Shown here one piece after another: positions 10,944 to 23,210 of a DNA stretch of 64,000 nt; position 1 is the first letter of the stretch; the number at the start of each line of letters is the position of its first letter. The position numbers were made by a program, and so were the translations under genes. The stretch is taken from contig CAVTET010000004.1 of NCBI GenBank assembly GCA_963733675.1, forward strand, positions 608,001 to 672,000. The letters run 5' to 3'. This DNA comes from an uncultured Methanosarcinaceae archaeon. GTDB lineage: Archaea; Halobacteriota; Methanosarcinia; Methanosarcinales; Methanosarcinaceae. The notes beneath the pieces are model-generated. The model saw only the letters and a program-made list of their open reading frames with translations. It searched no databases and was not told where the DNA came from.

Positions 10944-11912
10944 ATTAACCTTCAAGTTCTCTTTTTAGTCCTTGGTTCAAAAATTACCATCTCTGAAAAC
11001 ATTTCAAAACTTTCTTATTCTACTATTTCCATCCCAATTACATTTTGCACGACATGGTCTTGAAAATCAGATGCAGGCTCAAATACTATAAGGTAAACAC
11101 CTGGAAGGTCAATTTAACTTAACTCTGAAAGAACACACCAACAAGTGAGGTCAATATTTCTTTTTTATCTAAAACTCCGTATAGGCTGATCATTACATTA
11201 ACTTTTTGTTAAGCTCTTAATACAATATAAGTAACGATAAAGATAATGCAAAATTCGGAACCGACTATTGTAAACTCCAGAACAAAGGGATTCATTTTCA
11301 CCAGATCTCCCTGTCAAAAGTTTTCTTCATGCACCACTTAGATTGACTTTGCAACTTTTCCTTTCCACATATAAACATAAAGTATAATTTTACCCCTATA
11401 AATGAAATATAGTAAAAACAGTGTGAGAGTTTATCAAATCGGAGATATTTCTGTAGAAAAATAAATTTTTGAAAAACATCTTGAATTATATTTTCAAAAG
11501 AAACCTCATTACTCTGTTTCAACGTTCATTGATTACCCTAACGGCCTGATCCCACTTATGTGCTGGAAAAGATGAGAAAAATAGTAATTTACTGTTGCAA
11601 GTATTTAGATAATCAACCATTAAGCTGTTTCCTCGCAAAATCTTGTTGGTCTTCTACATATCTTGTCAAATCTTTCGAGTAAAAGCCATTAAAAATATCG
11701 TCAAAAAGGTGTCCTTATACTTGATGAACCCGACATAAAAATTGAAGAATAACTCTTTCAGAGTTTATCCATCAGTATTGCGGCAACCTGAGAAAAAAAG
11801 AAAATTGTCAAATTGGTACATTCACTGTTTATTTTAGTCGCAATACTCACAGCTTGCTACGGGGATGGAAACTTCCAGAGATCCTTTATTAACTAAATTA
11901 TTTATGGTTTAT

Positions 11913-12053
11913 CCTACATTCCGCAGAGCACACAGATGTAGAATTTGCTTGCACATCTACCCACTATTATTCATTGAAAATTAGATTAATTTTTAAGCTA
12001 CTGGCATATTGAGAAAATAGTTGGCATTCTTGTGTACTATGCAAAAAGTGTGG
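11913..12053. mobile_element. MITE family A, copy 2
   Basis: Starts CCTACATTCCGCAG, ends TGTGTACTATGCAAAAAGTGTGG; same core as 10816 and 30121. Confidence 0.75.
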
Positions 12054-12110
12054 TACAAATAAGGCAGAATCTTTTTGACACAGAATATAAAGAAAAGATG
12101 ATGTTAGCAA

Positions 12111-12611
12111 TCAACCCATTTTGAGTTCTGTGATTTCAACATTGAGGTTTGCAGTCCCAAGAGTTGCAACAGTCGCCTTTCCGGAAAGCACGCCCGAGCA
12201 TTCCCCTGGATTTATCAAAAGCGTTCCTTTGACGACTGTGATCCCAGGATCATGAGTATGGCCCCGAATTATCACATCAAAATCTTTTGATTTGGCCAGG
12301 GCTTTGACCAGCGCCTCATTTGTTCCGTGCAAGAGGGCGATATGCAGGCTGTCAACTGTCAATTTTCCAAAATCTCCGCAGATAGTAGCGCCGATATCTT
12401 CAAACGATTTTGTAAGCATTACTTTGTCTCCGTCATTGTTTCCGAATACAACGTAAAGTTTTGACTTCAATTTCTCAAAGACCCTAGCAGTGAAAGGAGA
12501 AACGAGATCTCCTGCGTGTAGCACTGCTTTTACTTCATTATCATTAAAAAATTCCACAGCTTTTCGAATAGCACCTAGGTTGTCATGTGAGTCCGAAATA
12601 ATTCCAATCAA
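12111..12611 (-). CDS. Metallophosphoesterase (YfcE/MJ0936-like)
   Basis: SDSHDN, HAGD, GNNDG, LLHG, GHTH and NPG motifs; TTG start with SD GAGGTG. Confidence 0.92.
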   Translation of the reverse strand: MIGIISDSHDNLGAIRKAVEFFNDNEVKAVLHAGDLVSPFTARVFEKLKSKLYVVFGNNDGDKVMLTKSFEDIGATICGDFGKLTVDSLHIALLHGTNEALVKALAKSKDFDVIIRGHTHDPGITVVKGTLLINPGECSGVLSGKATVATLGTANLNVEITELKMG

Positions 12612-13329
12612 ATGATACCACCTCTCTTAACATTAAATTTTCACATTTATATTTATATTTAGGCTTTCTTAAAAAGGAAGTCTCTATAACAGTTAGTAAT
12701 AGCTTATTCCAAAAATTAGAATTTTATATTATAACCTTATTTTGATAGTACAAATTACGATCAGAATTAAATATAACCGTTTCTTCAAAAAAAATTTGAA
12801 AGCCTTAAAAATTTCATTAAAATTATTTCAGATTTGTCAGTTCCCATTCATAGCCTAAGAAAATGTTTGAGCCTGGTTTTTGTTTCATTTTAGCATTTTT
12901 GCTGTCCAATTTTTAAAACATGATCAATAATTTTGCTATAAACGATATAATCTGTTACAGTAATTATTAAGAACTCGATCAAAATTTGAAAAAGATAGAG
13001 ATCTTAAGACAGAGAATTGTCTTTTAAAGAGAACAATAAAAAAGTGTTCAAAATTTGTTGACCAGATATTACTATTTTCATCCTATCAAATATGAAAATC
13101 TCCTATAAGCATGACAAAAATCATCTGTCAAATTAGGGATTTAAAGTTAAAATCTAAAGACCAGAAAATATTAAAAAGTATCAACAAAATCATTGAATCA
13201 ATTACACTAATCAGAAAATTGATAAGAGTCAAGTATACAGAGTTAGCTAAATCAAAATAATTTGCTGAGAGTTGGACAAAAGTTTATGACACTCAATTTA
13301 GTCTGTTACTAGTTTGAGAATGTCTTGAA

Positions 13330-14140
13330 TGAGTATTTATTTCATTTGATATGCTGTAATCCCAATAACTGACCTTAACAAATCAAAAATGTTATACATT
13401 CCAGTTGATTAGAAAAAGCAACGTCCTTTCAATGGATGATTTGGGATCGGTTCCTATCTTGAAATCGATTCTACCCTATATTCAGGTTCCATAGAGAATT
13501 TCAATTAAACCTCCGATTTCAACAAAATGTGCATGTATGCTTTATAAACAACCAGCTATAAATTGAAATTTATCGAAATCCTCGATATTCTATTTTTTTC
13601 TCTACTCAGAAGGTATTTGCTTTGCAAATTTGTCTATTAGATCCACTTATTTATCTGTTGCAAATAAGATGCATCCTTTGTTCTGATCCAACATTGCCAC
13701 AATATTGAAAGTTTATCCTCTGGCCTTAGACTTATATTCAAGCATTTTAGAAATATTTTCATTCCCTTCCTATGCTTTTCAAAAATTTAATCAACTCTTT
13801 GATTGGATTCAGATACAATTACAAATTCCAGTTTGTTACCATCCATTCTTGAGAGAACTTCAACATTAAAAAATTATTTTCATTAAATCCTTTCCACTTT
13901 TAATCCCATTATCTCAATTCTTTCAAATAGATATCCAATATGAGTCGAATACCCTTTACTTAACTAATTTATGCTATAACATCAAGTGTCAGCTTAGAGT
14001 TTCCAATTATATCTAAATTACAGAACTAATATTCTGGGGAAATTTGTTCTTCTGTTTCAATCTCCAAATATATTACTTGTCTCTGGTTCCGTAACATGGA
14101 ATATATGAAAGTTAGCAGCAATTTTCTGGACCTCAGTTTT
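13330..14140 (-). pseudogene. Highly degenerate ISH3-like transposase
   Basis: Reverse fragments PCYG, LTLDVI, FFNVEVL, ILFATDK, KQIPSE*RKK*NIE..EYRV (cf. EYRKRWNIETGYRV). Ends approximate. Confidence 0.6.
13494..13583. mobile_element. MITE family B, inserted in the ISH3 relic
   Basis: Ends GAGAATTTCAATTAAA / TTTATCGAAATCCTC match the TIRs of copy 30374-30461. Confidence 0.65.
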
Positions 14141-14503
14141 AAATACACATCGCAAAAAATTTATTATTTATTTCCCAAGATAACGGAAAAAATACTTTTA
14201 ACATAATTGAATTTTATATTACAAAAAAAATAATATTTTCTGAATGAATCATTCTTTTAACATTTTTTGACCCGATATCATTGCTTACAGATTACAAAAA
14301 ATTGACTGAAGATGTTGCCGCATCAAATAAAACTTAATGACTTCTTGATAGAAATAATTTGCTCCATCAACTAAAGATATCATATCAAAGATGATTCTGA
14401 TTTACCTTTATGAATCAGATTTATTAAATATAGAACCTTAAGAATCCTCTCAGAGGCACTTTCCTTCGAAGAGATAATAAAATGGCAAAACATATATGAA
14501 ATT

Positions 14504-15007
14504 ATGATCATGCATTTTGCACCTGAGGACTTCCAGGAAATAATCGAGATTGAAAAAGAAGCGTTTTCAGAGCACAATTCTCTACTATATATGAGTTTTT
14601 ACGAAATGGCTAGAGATGGTTTCCTTGTTGCGAAGCAGGATGGAAAAATAGTGGGGTATGTCGTAGGCTATCGTTCCGCAGAAAACGAAGGGCATATTTT
14701 TTCCGTCGGTGTCAAAGAAGAGTATCGTGGAAGAGGGATAGGTACAGAACTGATATACACGATATGTAGCATTTTTCTTGCAAAAGGGCTTAAATACGCA
14801 AGATTGGAAGTAAGAAATAGTAATAAAAAAGCACAACAATTATATAAGTCCATAGGATTCATACCCTGCTGGATCGAACAAAAATATTACTCAGATGGAG
14901 AAGATGGTATGGTAATGAAAATGCACTTACATCCATACCGTCTTTTGATATCAAAACAAAAATATCTCAAACCTTCATTTTCATATAAGAATTCCTTGTC
15001 GATTTAA
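14504..15007 (+). CDS. rimI: RimI/Ard1-like N-acetyltransferase (GNAT)
   Basis: GHIFSVGV.EEYRGRGIG, LEVR.SN..A..LY...GF, YYSDGEDG. Confidence 0.9.
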   Translation: MIMHFAPEDFQEIIEIEKEAFSEHNSLLYMSFYEMARDGFLVAKQDGKIVGYVVGYRSAENEGHIFSVGVKEEYRGRGIGTELIYTICSIFLAKGLKYARLEVRNSNKKAQQLYKSIGFIPCWIEQKYYSDGEDGMVMKMHLHPYRLLISKQKYLKPSFSYKNSLSI

Positions 15008-15016
15008 GTAGCTCTA

Positions 15017-15295
15017 TCAATTACTACCCATAAGTTTGATAATGGAATTCAGAGATTCTCTCATCTGAACTGATTGTCCATCAGAGATAAAATCATCCCT
15101 GGACATGAGGTTCGCAAGCTCGCCTCCTAAAATAAATATTGCGCGCTTGTGATCTGCCTTGCTCCGATGAATGTGGACAGGGCTTATGGATAAAGCCTTA
15201 TAATCGTCAAATTCATGCGTTATCCCGTTCCTTTCAAAATACCTTTTCATTTGGGCCATATATGTGTGTAGTTGTATGAGCTCTTCCTTGTGCAT
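15017..15295 (-). CDS. UPF0058 family protein
   Basis: MHKEELIQLH...Y..L.ISPVHIHRSK.DHK.AIF.L signature. Confidence 0.88.
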   Translation of the reverse strand: MHKEELIQLHTYMAQMKRYFERNGITHEFDDYKALSISPVHIHRSKADHKRAIFILGGELANLMSRDDFISDGQSVQMRESLNSIIKLMGSN

Positions 15296-15514
15296 AGCGA
15301 ACAGACCTACAATTTTACAAGATCAATTTAATACTATCTTGATCCAGATAAAAGAATTGCCCGAGGAAATTGATTTCCTAGTTCAAGATAATAAAGATTG
15401 CTATATAAAGTTTATGATAAATAATGAAGGATTATATATTATAGTGTGATATTTAGCATCAAAGTGTGAAATAATGCCAAATAGTAGTTATTCAGTAATT
15501 CGTGTAAATAACTA

Positions 15515-16068
15515 GTGAACTACCCCTCCAGATCTGGTTTATGCCCTCTTAGCAAGGGGCTTCCTTCGAGTAATTCCTTCATCTGTTATCAAATTTGAGA
15601 TCCATGCGAAATTTTGTATTTCGAAGATTATCAACAAATTGTTGATAGCCCATCCACTAGGCACCTTGTGATCGGAAACGTGACAAAATATTGATAGAAC
15701 TATTTTTCGATCCCTATCAATATTGTTCCCGCCACCACAAATCATAACACACTTCCAAGAAGGCATATCATGAAGTTTTCACATCACAATATTTCTAGTT
15801 GCTGTTCTTCGCCAATTCTTGTTTATACTCTGCCTACAAGTTTTGCTTCATAGGTCCAGAATTGAACAAATCTAAATAAGTTTCCTAGACCCTGAGTAGA
15901 ACTATTTTGACCTTTCTTTAGGTTGATTTTCTTTCCCTTTTTACTATCTTTTACTTTGGTTGAGCCATAGTGTTTTCAACTATAGTTTTGCAAAGTTGAC
16001 GGCTTTCATTCCGCACCTGTCACACTGATGCGTGTCGAGGAAGGAGACTTCCAGCCTTAGAGTTAAAT
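15515..16068 (-). mobile_element. Internally deleted IS200/IS605-type tnpB element
   Basis: Minus strand right end GAAGCCCCTT...GGAGGGGTAGTTCAC; zinc-ribbon remnant WKC..CG...DRD; structured left end around 15995-16068. Confidence 0.65.
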
Positions 16069-16384
16069 AAAAGATAATGAGCAGAAGAAGTTTAATTTTA
16101 GAAAAAAACCAGTAATTTTCATAGTTGTTATAAATCATAAACACAATACTATTACTAAATTTTTCCAGAAATTGGAAATATATTCATTTTTCAGATTTGA
16201 TCAATGACGTAAGGACACAACAAGAAAACAAAGTATCTAATAACATTAGTTTTAAGAAATCAAAGGATATTCGATAGTAACATACAAAATAAAATTATAT
16301 GAATAAAAAAGAGAAACTGTTAAAAGTCAAAAACAAATAAAAGTAACAACTGTAAAAAAGTTAAATGAAGAGAAAAATGACCTC

Positions 16385-17965
16385 TCAGAGCATTTTAGAA
16401 GTCAGTATTTCCATATCAGCCGGTATTTTAGCAAGATTGCCAATTTTTATACCTATGAGGCTTTTAATTGCGTTGCTTGAAGCAATATCTACAAGTCTCT
16501 GCGTAATTACACCATCAAAAACGACACTTAAAACATCATCTTTATAGGCCTTTAATCTGCTGGCAAGATCACGGACTGCAATTTCTTCTACCACCTTGTC
16601 CTCAGGATCCAAAATCCTAGCTGTGAGAGTCCCTTTAAGAGCTTCGACGTGAGGCCTGAACCTGAGAGCTTCAGGAGAAACAGAAGCTATCCTTGTCGGT
16701 GCAGGAGAAACTCTGACAGCCTCGCCCCCAGGAACCTTCATGGCTGAAACCTTATCATCTAGAGGTTTTCCTCTCTGGACTCTGGCTTTTTGAGATGGCC
16801 TAGACAAAACTGTGGAGTTTGCGACAACAGGTCTTGTATCTACTGTTTCTGTTAAGAGAAACTCTTTCCCAGAGACTTTTTCGAAGGTTTTTTTGGGAAG
16901 CTTTTCAGTAATTTTTTCATGAACCTCTTCAAATATTTGTCCATAACCTTCTCCCTCCGTCTCTTCTTCCTTCGGAAATTTTTCTCCATAAGAATCTGAT
17001 ATTGAGGAGACCCTGTGGATCTTAACACGCTTGTGCAGCTTCTTCTCGGCAATTCTTGGAACAAGTTCGGGTGCCCTAATCTTCCTTTTTGGAATTCTTT
17101 CAACCCTGCAGGCGTCTTCTTCTACTTCCCTTTCCTGAATTCCATATTTTTCGATAATCTGTTCCACTGGAACCTTTCGGCGAAGGGCTCTAATAATTTC
17201 CTTCTGGACAAGGTCCTCCACACACTTCCCATCTGGAGCACGAGCAACATAGTCAATATCTGCTACCTGCAAAAGCTCACGAACGATTAGCTCGCCTCCG
17301 CGATCACCATCAGTAAAAGCAGTTACGGTCTTCTTTTTAGTAAGATCTGCAACCTCAGGAGGAATATTTGTTCCACTCACACAAATAGTGTTCTTTATAC
17401 CATAGCGGAGAAGATTCAGGATGTCGGCCCTCCCCTCAACAATAATAATGGCATCTGAATTAAGAACATTCGGCCCACAGGGAATTTTGGACTTCCCATA
17501 ATAAGTAAGCTCGTCAACCCTTACAGACTGCCGGACTTCATCAGCAAGTTCCTGTGATTCAGGCACAGTTTCATCAAACATTTTGGTGAAGATAAGTTTT
17601 GCCCTTTCAATGATCTTTTTGCGCTTTACAGCTCTTACATCTTCTACTTGGAAGACCTCAATTTTAGCGCTGCAAGGACCTACCCTATCAATAGTTTCGA
17701 GAGATGCGGCGAGAATGGATGTCTCAACCTTATCAAGGCTTGAGGGGACAAAGATATTTCCTTTGGTCTTCCCCCCTTTAGCAGTAACCATTACCTCTAT
17801 CCTACCAATTCTGCCAGTCTTTTGCAAATCACGCAAATCAAGATCAGCCCCGAGTAATCCTTCAGTCTGGCCAAAAATCGCACCTACGATATCAGGGCGT
17901 TCTATTACACCATCAGCATTAATTTTAGAATGAATAATGTACTTTGTAGTATCCGTATTTTGCAT
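16385..17965 (-). CDS. dnaG: Archaeal DnaG-like protein (TOPRIM)
   Basis: [42 protein letters not shown]; long charged linker. Confidence 0.96.
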   Translation of the reverse strand: MQNTDTTKYIIHSKINADGVIERPDIVGAIFGQTEGLLGADLDLRDLQKTGRIGRIEVMVTAKGGKTKGNIFVPSSLDKVETSILAASLETIDRVGPCSAKIEVFQVEDVRAVKRKKIIERAKLIFTKMFDETVPESQELADEVRQSVRVDELTYYGKSKIPCGPNVLNSDAIIIVEGRADILNLLRYGIKNTICVSGTNIPPEVADLTKKKTVTAFTDGDRGGELIVRELLQVADIDYVARAPDGKCVEDLVQKEIIRALRRKVPVEQIIEKYGIQEREVEEDACRVERIPKRKIRAPELVPRIAEKKLHKRVKIHRVSSISDSYGEKFPKEEETEGEGYGQIFEEVHEKITEKLPKKTFEKVSGKEFLLTETVDTRPVVANSTVLSRPSQKARVQRGKPLDDKVSAMKVPGGEAVRVSPAPTRIASVSPEALRFRPHVEALKGTLTARILDPEDKVVEEIAVRDLASRLKAYKDDVLSVVFDGVITQRLVDIASSNAIKSLIGIKIGNLAKIPADMEILTSKML

Positions 17966-19182
17966 GTAAATTCTCCTGGAAATATTGTGAATAAATTATC
18001 ATGAGCAATTTTTCAAATTAACTCCTAAATGAAATTGATTAAGTATCTTGAACAATTACGATATAACTGATATTCTGGGCTTTAATCCATTTCCCTTAAG
18101 ATACAAAACTACCTTCTATACATGAAAACTCGTAAAGGTTCAGACAATGCAAAAATAGTAAAAAATCAGATTTTATACCAAATCAGAGATAGTACACCCT
18201 TGAAGAAGCAGATTTAAGAATTAATACAGCTACAACCGGAAAGATAACTCCAACTCTGCCTTCAATACCATCATTACCTGTGCCAGGAGATATTATTCCG
18301 GAGGACGTCCGAATGACTCTATGTAATGGAAATCTTACCTCATGAAAACCAGGTAAATTGCCAGCCCAGCTACCTTGAATATATACACTCCTAACTTTTC
18401 GAGCCGACAGAAAATAACTTTCGAGCCAAGCACCCAATAATACCTGCGATATCCCTGAGGTTTTCTATACATGCCCGAAAGCCCTCGCCCTAACATAAGT
18501 TTTCATTTGTGAACCTGAAATAATCTTCAGAGTCAGAAGCCAAGACTTGTGTTCGTCTTCGATGCCCGATAACTGAAATTTTTCATAAATAACCCTGACA
18601 GCGGGTAATCCGTGCGTGAGCATCAAAAGAGTGCCAAACGCCTCATCCCGCAAACGAGGAACTCCCTAACGATAAGTGGTAAAGTAGTAAATAAAATGCA
18701 TCATTTTTATTGATAGCACGCTTTTACTTTAACTTCATGGGTGATGAGTATGAATTCTAACTTCACATGGTTAATTTAGCCTGATTAGGTACATATATAA
18801 ATCTAAAATTTGTAGATTTGCATGCGAATTATTTAAATTAAGTTGTCTTTACGAATTTAGCAATGATGAATGATAAAGTTGTTAATTGATATGACCTCAA
18901 TTTGATACGACCTGACAGCACAGATTCTGCCCACCTTTAAAGGAATTTTGGCAAAACAGATACCCTACATATCACACGTTTTAAATCCTTGTATTTAATG
19001 CCTCCAGGATTTAAGAACTTTGTGGTTATAAAAAGTCCAATACAATCTAGTCATTTTCTGTAAACGATGTCTTTTAAAAGAGTCAACTTTCAGAACAACT
19101 ATCGAGTAGATTCAGAAATTGTAAAAAATGATATATTCGATAAACTTAGAAAGGTATATATAAAACAAAATACTTGTAAAAA

Positions 19183-19258
19183 GTTGAACGGGCGAGCCAT
19201 ATAAACTTTTTTATGTACTAACCCCCCACTCCCAAACTCGCTCGTTCAACCACTCATT
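19183..19258 (+). ncRNA. Candidate small RNA: 14-bp stem with a C-rich loop
   Basis: GTTGAACGGGCGAG (19183) pairs with CTCGCTCGTTCAAC (to 19250) with one G-U. BRE/TATA-like AAAGGTATATATAAAA lies at 19150-19165. Confidence 0.6.
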
Positions 19259-19399
19259 TAATAATAGCGTCATTGAAATTCAATTATAGAGTATTTATAG
19301 AGTATTAATACTTGCACAGCTTCTTATCAATAGAAATAGATTCATAGTTTAATAGATTCATAGTTTTATTTGACATGAAAGTATATGAGTCAAATTTCC

Positions 19400-20633
19400 T
19401 ACATACTCTCGCCTTCCTCTTCCTCTATAATTGTGATTTCTACTATCATTTATCATACTTCATCAACCGAAAAAGTTTCAATCCCAACAATTCTTCTTTT
19501 TTGAATTCTCCCTTTTCATGTAAGTTTTCATCTTCGTATATCTCGTCATTTGTAACCAGATGCCATAAAATTGGAGCAATTTTTCTTGCTAGAGCAATAT
19601 TGTCTTTGCATGTCCAATTGATTTCTTCTTTAGGTTAAAAATTCTTTTAATTTGCTATTTTTCTTCCTTGCTGCTGCCTGAGCAATTTGTGTTAGGATCC
19701 CCCCACTCCCTTTGATCATCTTTTTGCGTTGCTACAATTTTAAAATTTATCTGCATATTGGTATACATTTAGAATTATTCCAAGCCAAGAAGCAAGTCTA
19801 TCTATTTATTTAATAAAAATTCTTGAATTACAGATTTAAGCATTAAAGTTGCTGCACCAATTCCTCCAATACAAGAAACTGACATTAAAATACTCATTTT
19901 TAGTTCATGTTTCCTATGAGCATAATTAAAGATTTATTTTTTCAAAGCTTGTATTTCATGGTCAAGATGCCTTATAAAATCTAGGCATATCTGAAGCCTC
20001 AATGAAATACTTTTGAGATATTTATCTGTCCAGAATCTCCTTTTCTGAGCATTTTTAGGAATATTTGGAGGAAGGTTCTCTTTATTACTTAGTCAAATGT
20101 TTTCACACAAGAGATTACTGATAACATTATACTATACGACTTTTACCAAAAATATCTGTCAGCACATTATCTAGATTATAACACATCAGATGCTAGAATA
20201 ACATTGCTTCATTTTCAATAGCTTCTATTTTTGTTACAAGTATGTAGAATCCAAATTTATGAATGAAACTTTTTGACCTTTTGGAAAAACATTTGATGGC
20301 TGATCATCCTATTAAAGTGCAAATTGTACAATGAATTCAGAACCTACTTTCTATCTTTTTATGGGTAAATACCTTCATATTTCGTGTATTCCCAACTATA
20401 TATAATTATATGCTTTATCAATGAATTATACTTAGAACTCCAAAAGTCACTTGTTGATTCACATGCAAAAAAATCACATTTTTCTGATATGTCCAACTTT
20501 TAAGAGCTAAAATTTCATCATAATCTCTAGCGAACCGTTGCAGCGGTTTTTTACCGGATACACTGAGGATATTAGAAATGAAAAAACATTTGTAAATGTC
20601 TAAACCATAAGAATAACTTACCGTTTCTGCCAA
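19400..20633 (-). pseudogene. Degenerate IS110-family transposase
   Basis: N-terminal GLDI.K.FF...ILS.SG.K..QRF.RD.D.ILALK.W. C-terminal ILTQIAQAAARKKNSKLKEF and ARKIA.I.WHLVTNDEIYEDE. Confidence 0.8.
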
Positions 20634-20904
20634 TTCAGACCACTCAATTTGTTTAGGTAGTGGAGTTACCCCAAAGGTAGCTTAGCATCCGTGATCAAAG
20701 TCATATTTAAGCTTCAATTGAAACTCACGCATTAGTTTCGAGAAGTTTTGGAAAATCAAAATTAGAACAAATTTCCTGCCTAAAATAACGATGGAGCTAA
20801 TGTTCAAAAAAGATTCATATGAAGCATATTTTCATTTATTTGAGCTTGTTATTCGAAAAATTTAGTATTTGTTTTTAGTGTAATTTGAGTATTAAGTTCG
20901 TTTC

Positions 20905-21505
20905 AGTCGAATACCCCGCATCTTGCTACAGGTATGGAGACTTCCTCGAGAATCATGATTATCTAATTTTGATATATTTTTAGCCACTTTTGTTCTCTGA
21001 AATGGAAACAGATCTAAACAATTGTGTCTATGAAATAGGATACAACATGGTTTTTTTGTATGAAGTATTGGGAAAATTTTTTTAGATAACGACATCACCA
21101 ACTATTTAAAAATATATATGCTTTGAGATTGGTAAAAGGTACCATTTTGATTTTGATGTAGTAGGTACTGATAGTGATTTTGTGCATCTTGTCGTTGGCG
21201 CTGAACCAAAATATTCATCCTCAATAGTGATGCAGATTATAAAAAGTATCACAGAAAAAAAAATCTTTAAATTAATACTCTGAGATCAAAAAAGCTTTTT
21301 GGTTGTTAAATCTGGAGTGATGGAAGTTATATTGGAACTGTTGATGATGGTGCAACTTCCGACATTATTATAAAAATATTTCGGATTTCAGGAAACTAGG
21401 AAGAAAATGCATTATAGGAGCAAATCAAAGTATTTGATTTTGAGTAATTCCTTTATATCCAAAGCTTGGGATCTCGCATACTCCGTTGCTTGCAATGGGG
21501 TGCTA
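20905..21505 (+). mobile_element. Degenerate IS200 (tnpA) element
   Basis: CVYEI.Y.MVFC.KY, GTD.D.VHL.VGAEPKYS.S.VMQIIKSIT and WSDG.YIGTV fragments; end palindromes ATACCCCGC..CTTGC and ATACTCCGTTGCTTGCAATGGGGT. Confidence 0.8.
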
Positions 21506-22301
21506 AACAGCAAATTTAATTTTCCAAGCCTTAAACAGTTAAATTTTTTTAATCAATAACCACAATTTGTTCATTTGTTTAATTGCCATTTGAGTATTCC
21601 ATATTGCTCCTTACATTTTGAAAGATGAGCATTATATAAATTAACTCTTGATTTAAGGTAAAACTTTGTGATATTATAATAATCATTAAAGTTTAGATCA
21701 AGTTCTCAGATTCGGATTCTACATCTGATTTAATTTTATTACATTCCAATATTTCCCCCTTTAAAATGTAGTTATCCTATTATATTTTTTCCTCTTTATA
21801 TTTAGAAATTCAATTTTAATATTTTACTCTGAGGTTATTATGAAACGTCCTTGATCCAATTTAGAGTCTTTGGTATAATTGGTGTCATCAATATAATTAT
21901 CGTATGAAATTCAAGTATACAAGCAAGATATTTATTCTAATTTCCATAAAAATCATGAGAAACTTTGACAGTAATGGTTCTTTCTGACAGCTTGCTAAAT
22001 GATGTGATATGATTGTAAATAAATAAAGAATAAGTCTTATTTTTTCATCTTACTACCCTTTATAAGTAATGATACTGTTGTATACAAGGATAAAGTAAAT
22101 AGAAGAATTCTTTTCTGAATATAAGCATTCTTTCCTGGATAAAACATTTGTTTCTAAATAATTATAATATATATGTGCACATATACCTCCAAGCTTGATA
22201 AAACCTTTATTTACTTTATAAAGCTTGAATATACCTCTTAGCTTTATAAAATTCTGTAACGAAAAGCAAAAGATTTATGCTAAAAACTCATTTAACACTG
22301 C

Positions 22302-23210
22302 GTGAATTTTAGAAAGCTATACAGGATCATCTGTATTTCCTTTTTAATTATGTCTTTTCAGGGGAATGCATTTGCGGCCACGATTCACGGGACTATATAT
22401 GAGTGGGAGAGTTTCAAACCTCTTAATAATTCAGTCGTTGAAATTAACTCCACTCCTGAACAAAATTTTGTTGCAACGGATGCAAACTATTCCTTCAATC
22501 TTACTCCTGGGAATTACTTGATAACTGCAAATTATTTTGAGGGAAAAACCATAGTTTATACTGCTAAAGAGGATGTTGTAATCTCAGATAAAGGAGAGTA
22601 TGTGCATGACCTTCTTCTATTTCCAACCTATAACGAACAGCTTCTGAACCATAGTGGATTTGAAGTCCCGAATTTGAATTTTAAGGAGACAAAACACGCA
22701 GATCAGGCAAACTCTCAAAATTACTTTTTTGTATCTGTTGCCCTTATCTCCATACTAGTCCTTTTACTGGGAGGCTATTTCATAAAAAAATGGTATCTAA
22801 AATCTCTTGTGATAACAAATAGTTTTCCGGACGGAGATAAGGAGCCAAAAACATTGCAACCTGAGAGTCCCATAGATGAAGAAGAGAATCTTGATGACAC
22901 TTTTGAAATAAGTTCTAAATTGCCCGCAACCAACTCTGTAGATGTCGGTGATCTTCAAGAGGACCGTGAAATCAATCTCCCTGAGGATCTCAAAGAACTT
23001 CTGAATCTAATTCGAAATAACGGAAACCGAATTACCCAGAGAGAACTCCGGAAAAAATCTCCTTACTCAGAATCCAAAGTCAGCCTTATGCTTTCAGACC
23101 TTGAAGAACGCGGCTTAATTGAAAAATTCAAAAGAGGTAGAGGAAATATAATACGTATTCCTGACGAACATCTCTCTAAACAAACAGAAGATGACAGTAC
23201 GCAGGAATAG
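22302..23210 (+). CDS. Membrane-anchored winged-helix transcriptional regulator
   Basis: Signal peptide, beta-rich extracellular domain, TM helix, acidic linker, C-terminal ITQRELRKK.PYSESKVSLMLSDLEERGLIEKFKRGRGN. Confidence 0.85.
   Translation: MNFRKLYRIICISFLIMSFQGNAFAATIHGTIYEWESFKPLNNSVVEINSTPEQNFVATDANYSFNLTPGNYLITANYFEGKTIVYTAKEDVVISDKGEYVHDLLLFPTYNEQLLNHSGFEVPNLNFKETKHADQANSQNYFFVSVALISILVLLLGGYFIKKWYLKSLVITNSFPDGDKEPKTLQPESPIDEEENLDDTFEISSKLPATNSVDVGDLQEDREINLPEDLKELLNLIRNNGNRITQRELRKKSPYSESKVSLMLSDLEERGLIEKFKRGRGNIIRIPDEHLSKQTEDDSTQE

Noticed and set aside
11230-11900. Possible IS701-like transposase relic on the minus strand
   Set aside because: Only faint fragments (YSKDLTRY, QVAAILMDK); too degraded to support a call.
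18183-18703. Short minus-strand ORFs, possibly a decayed transporter gene
   Set aside because: Looks like eroded coding DNA but has no motif I can assign.
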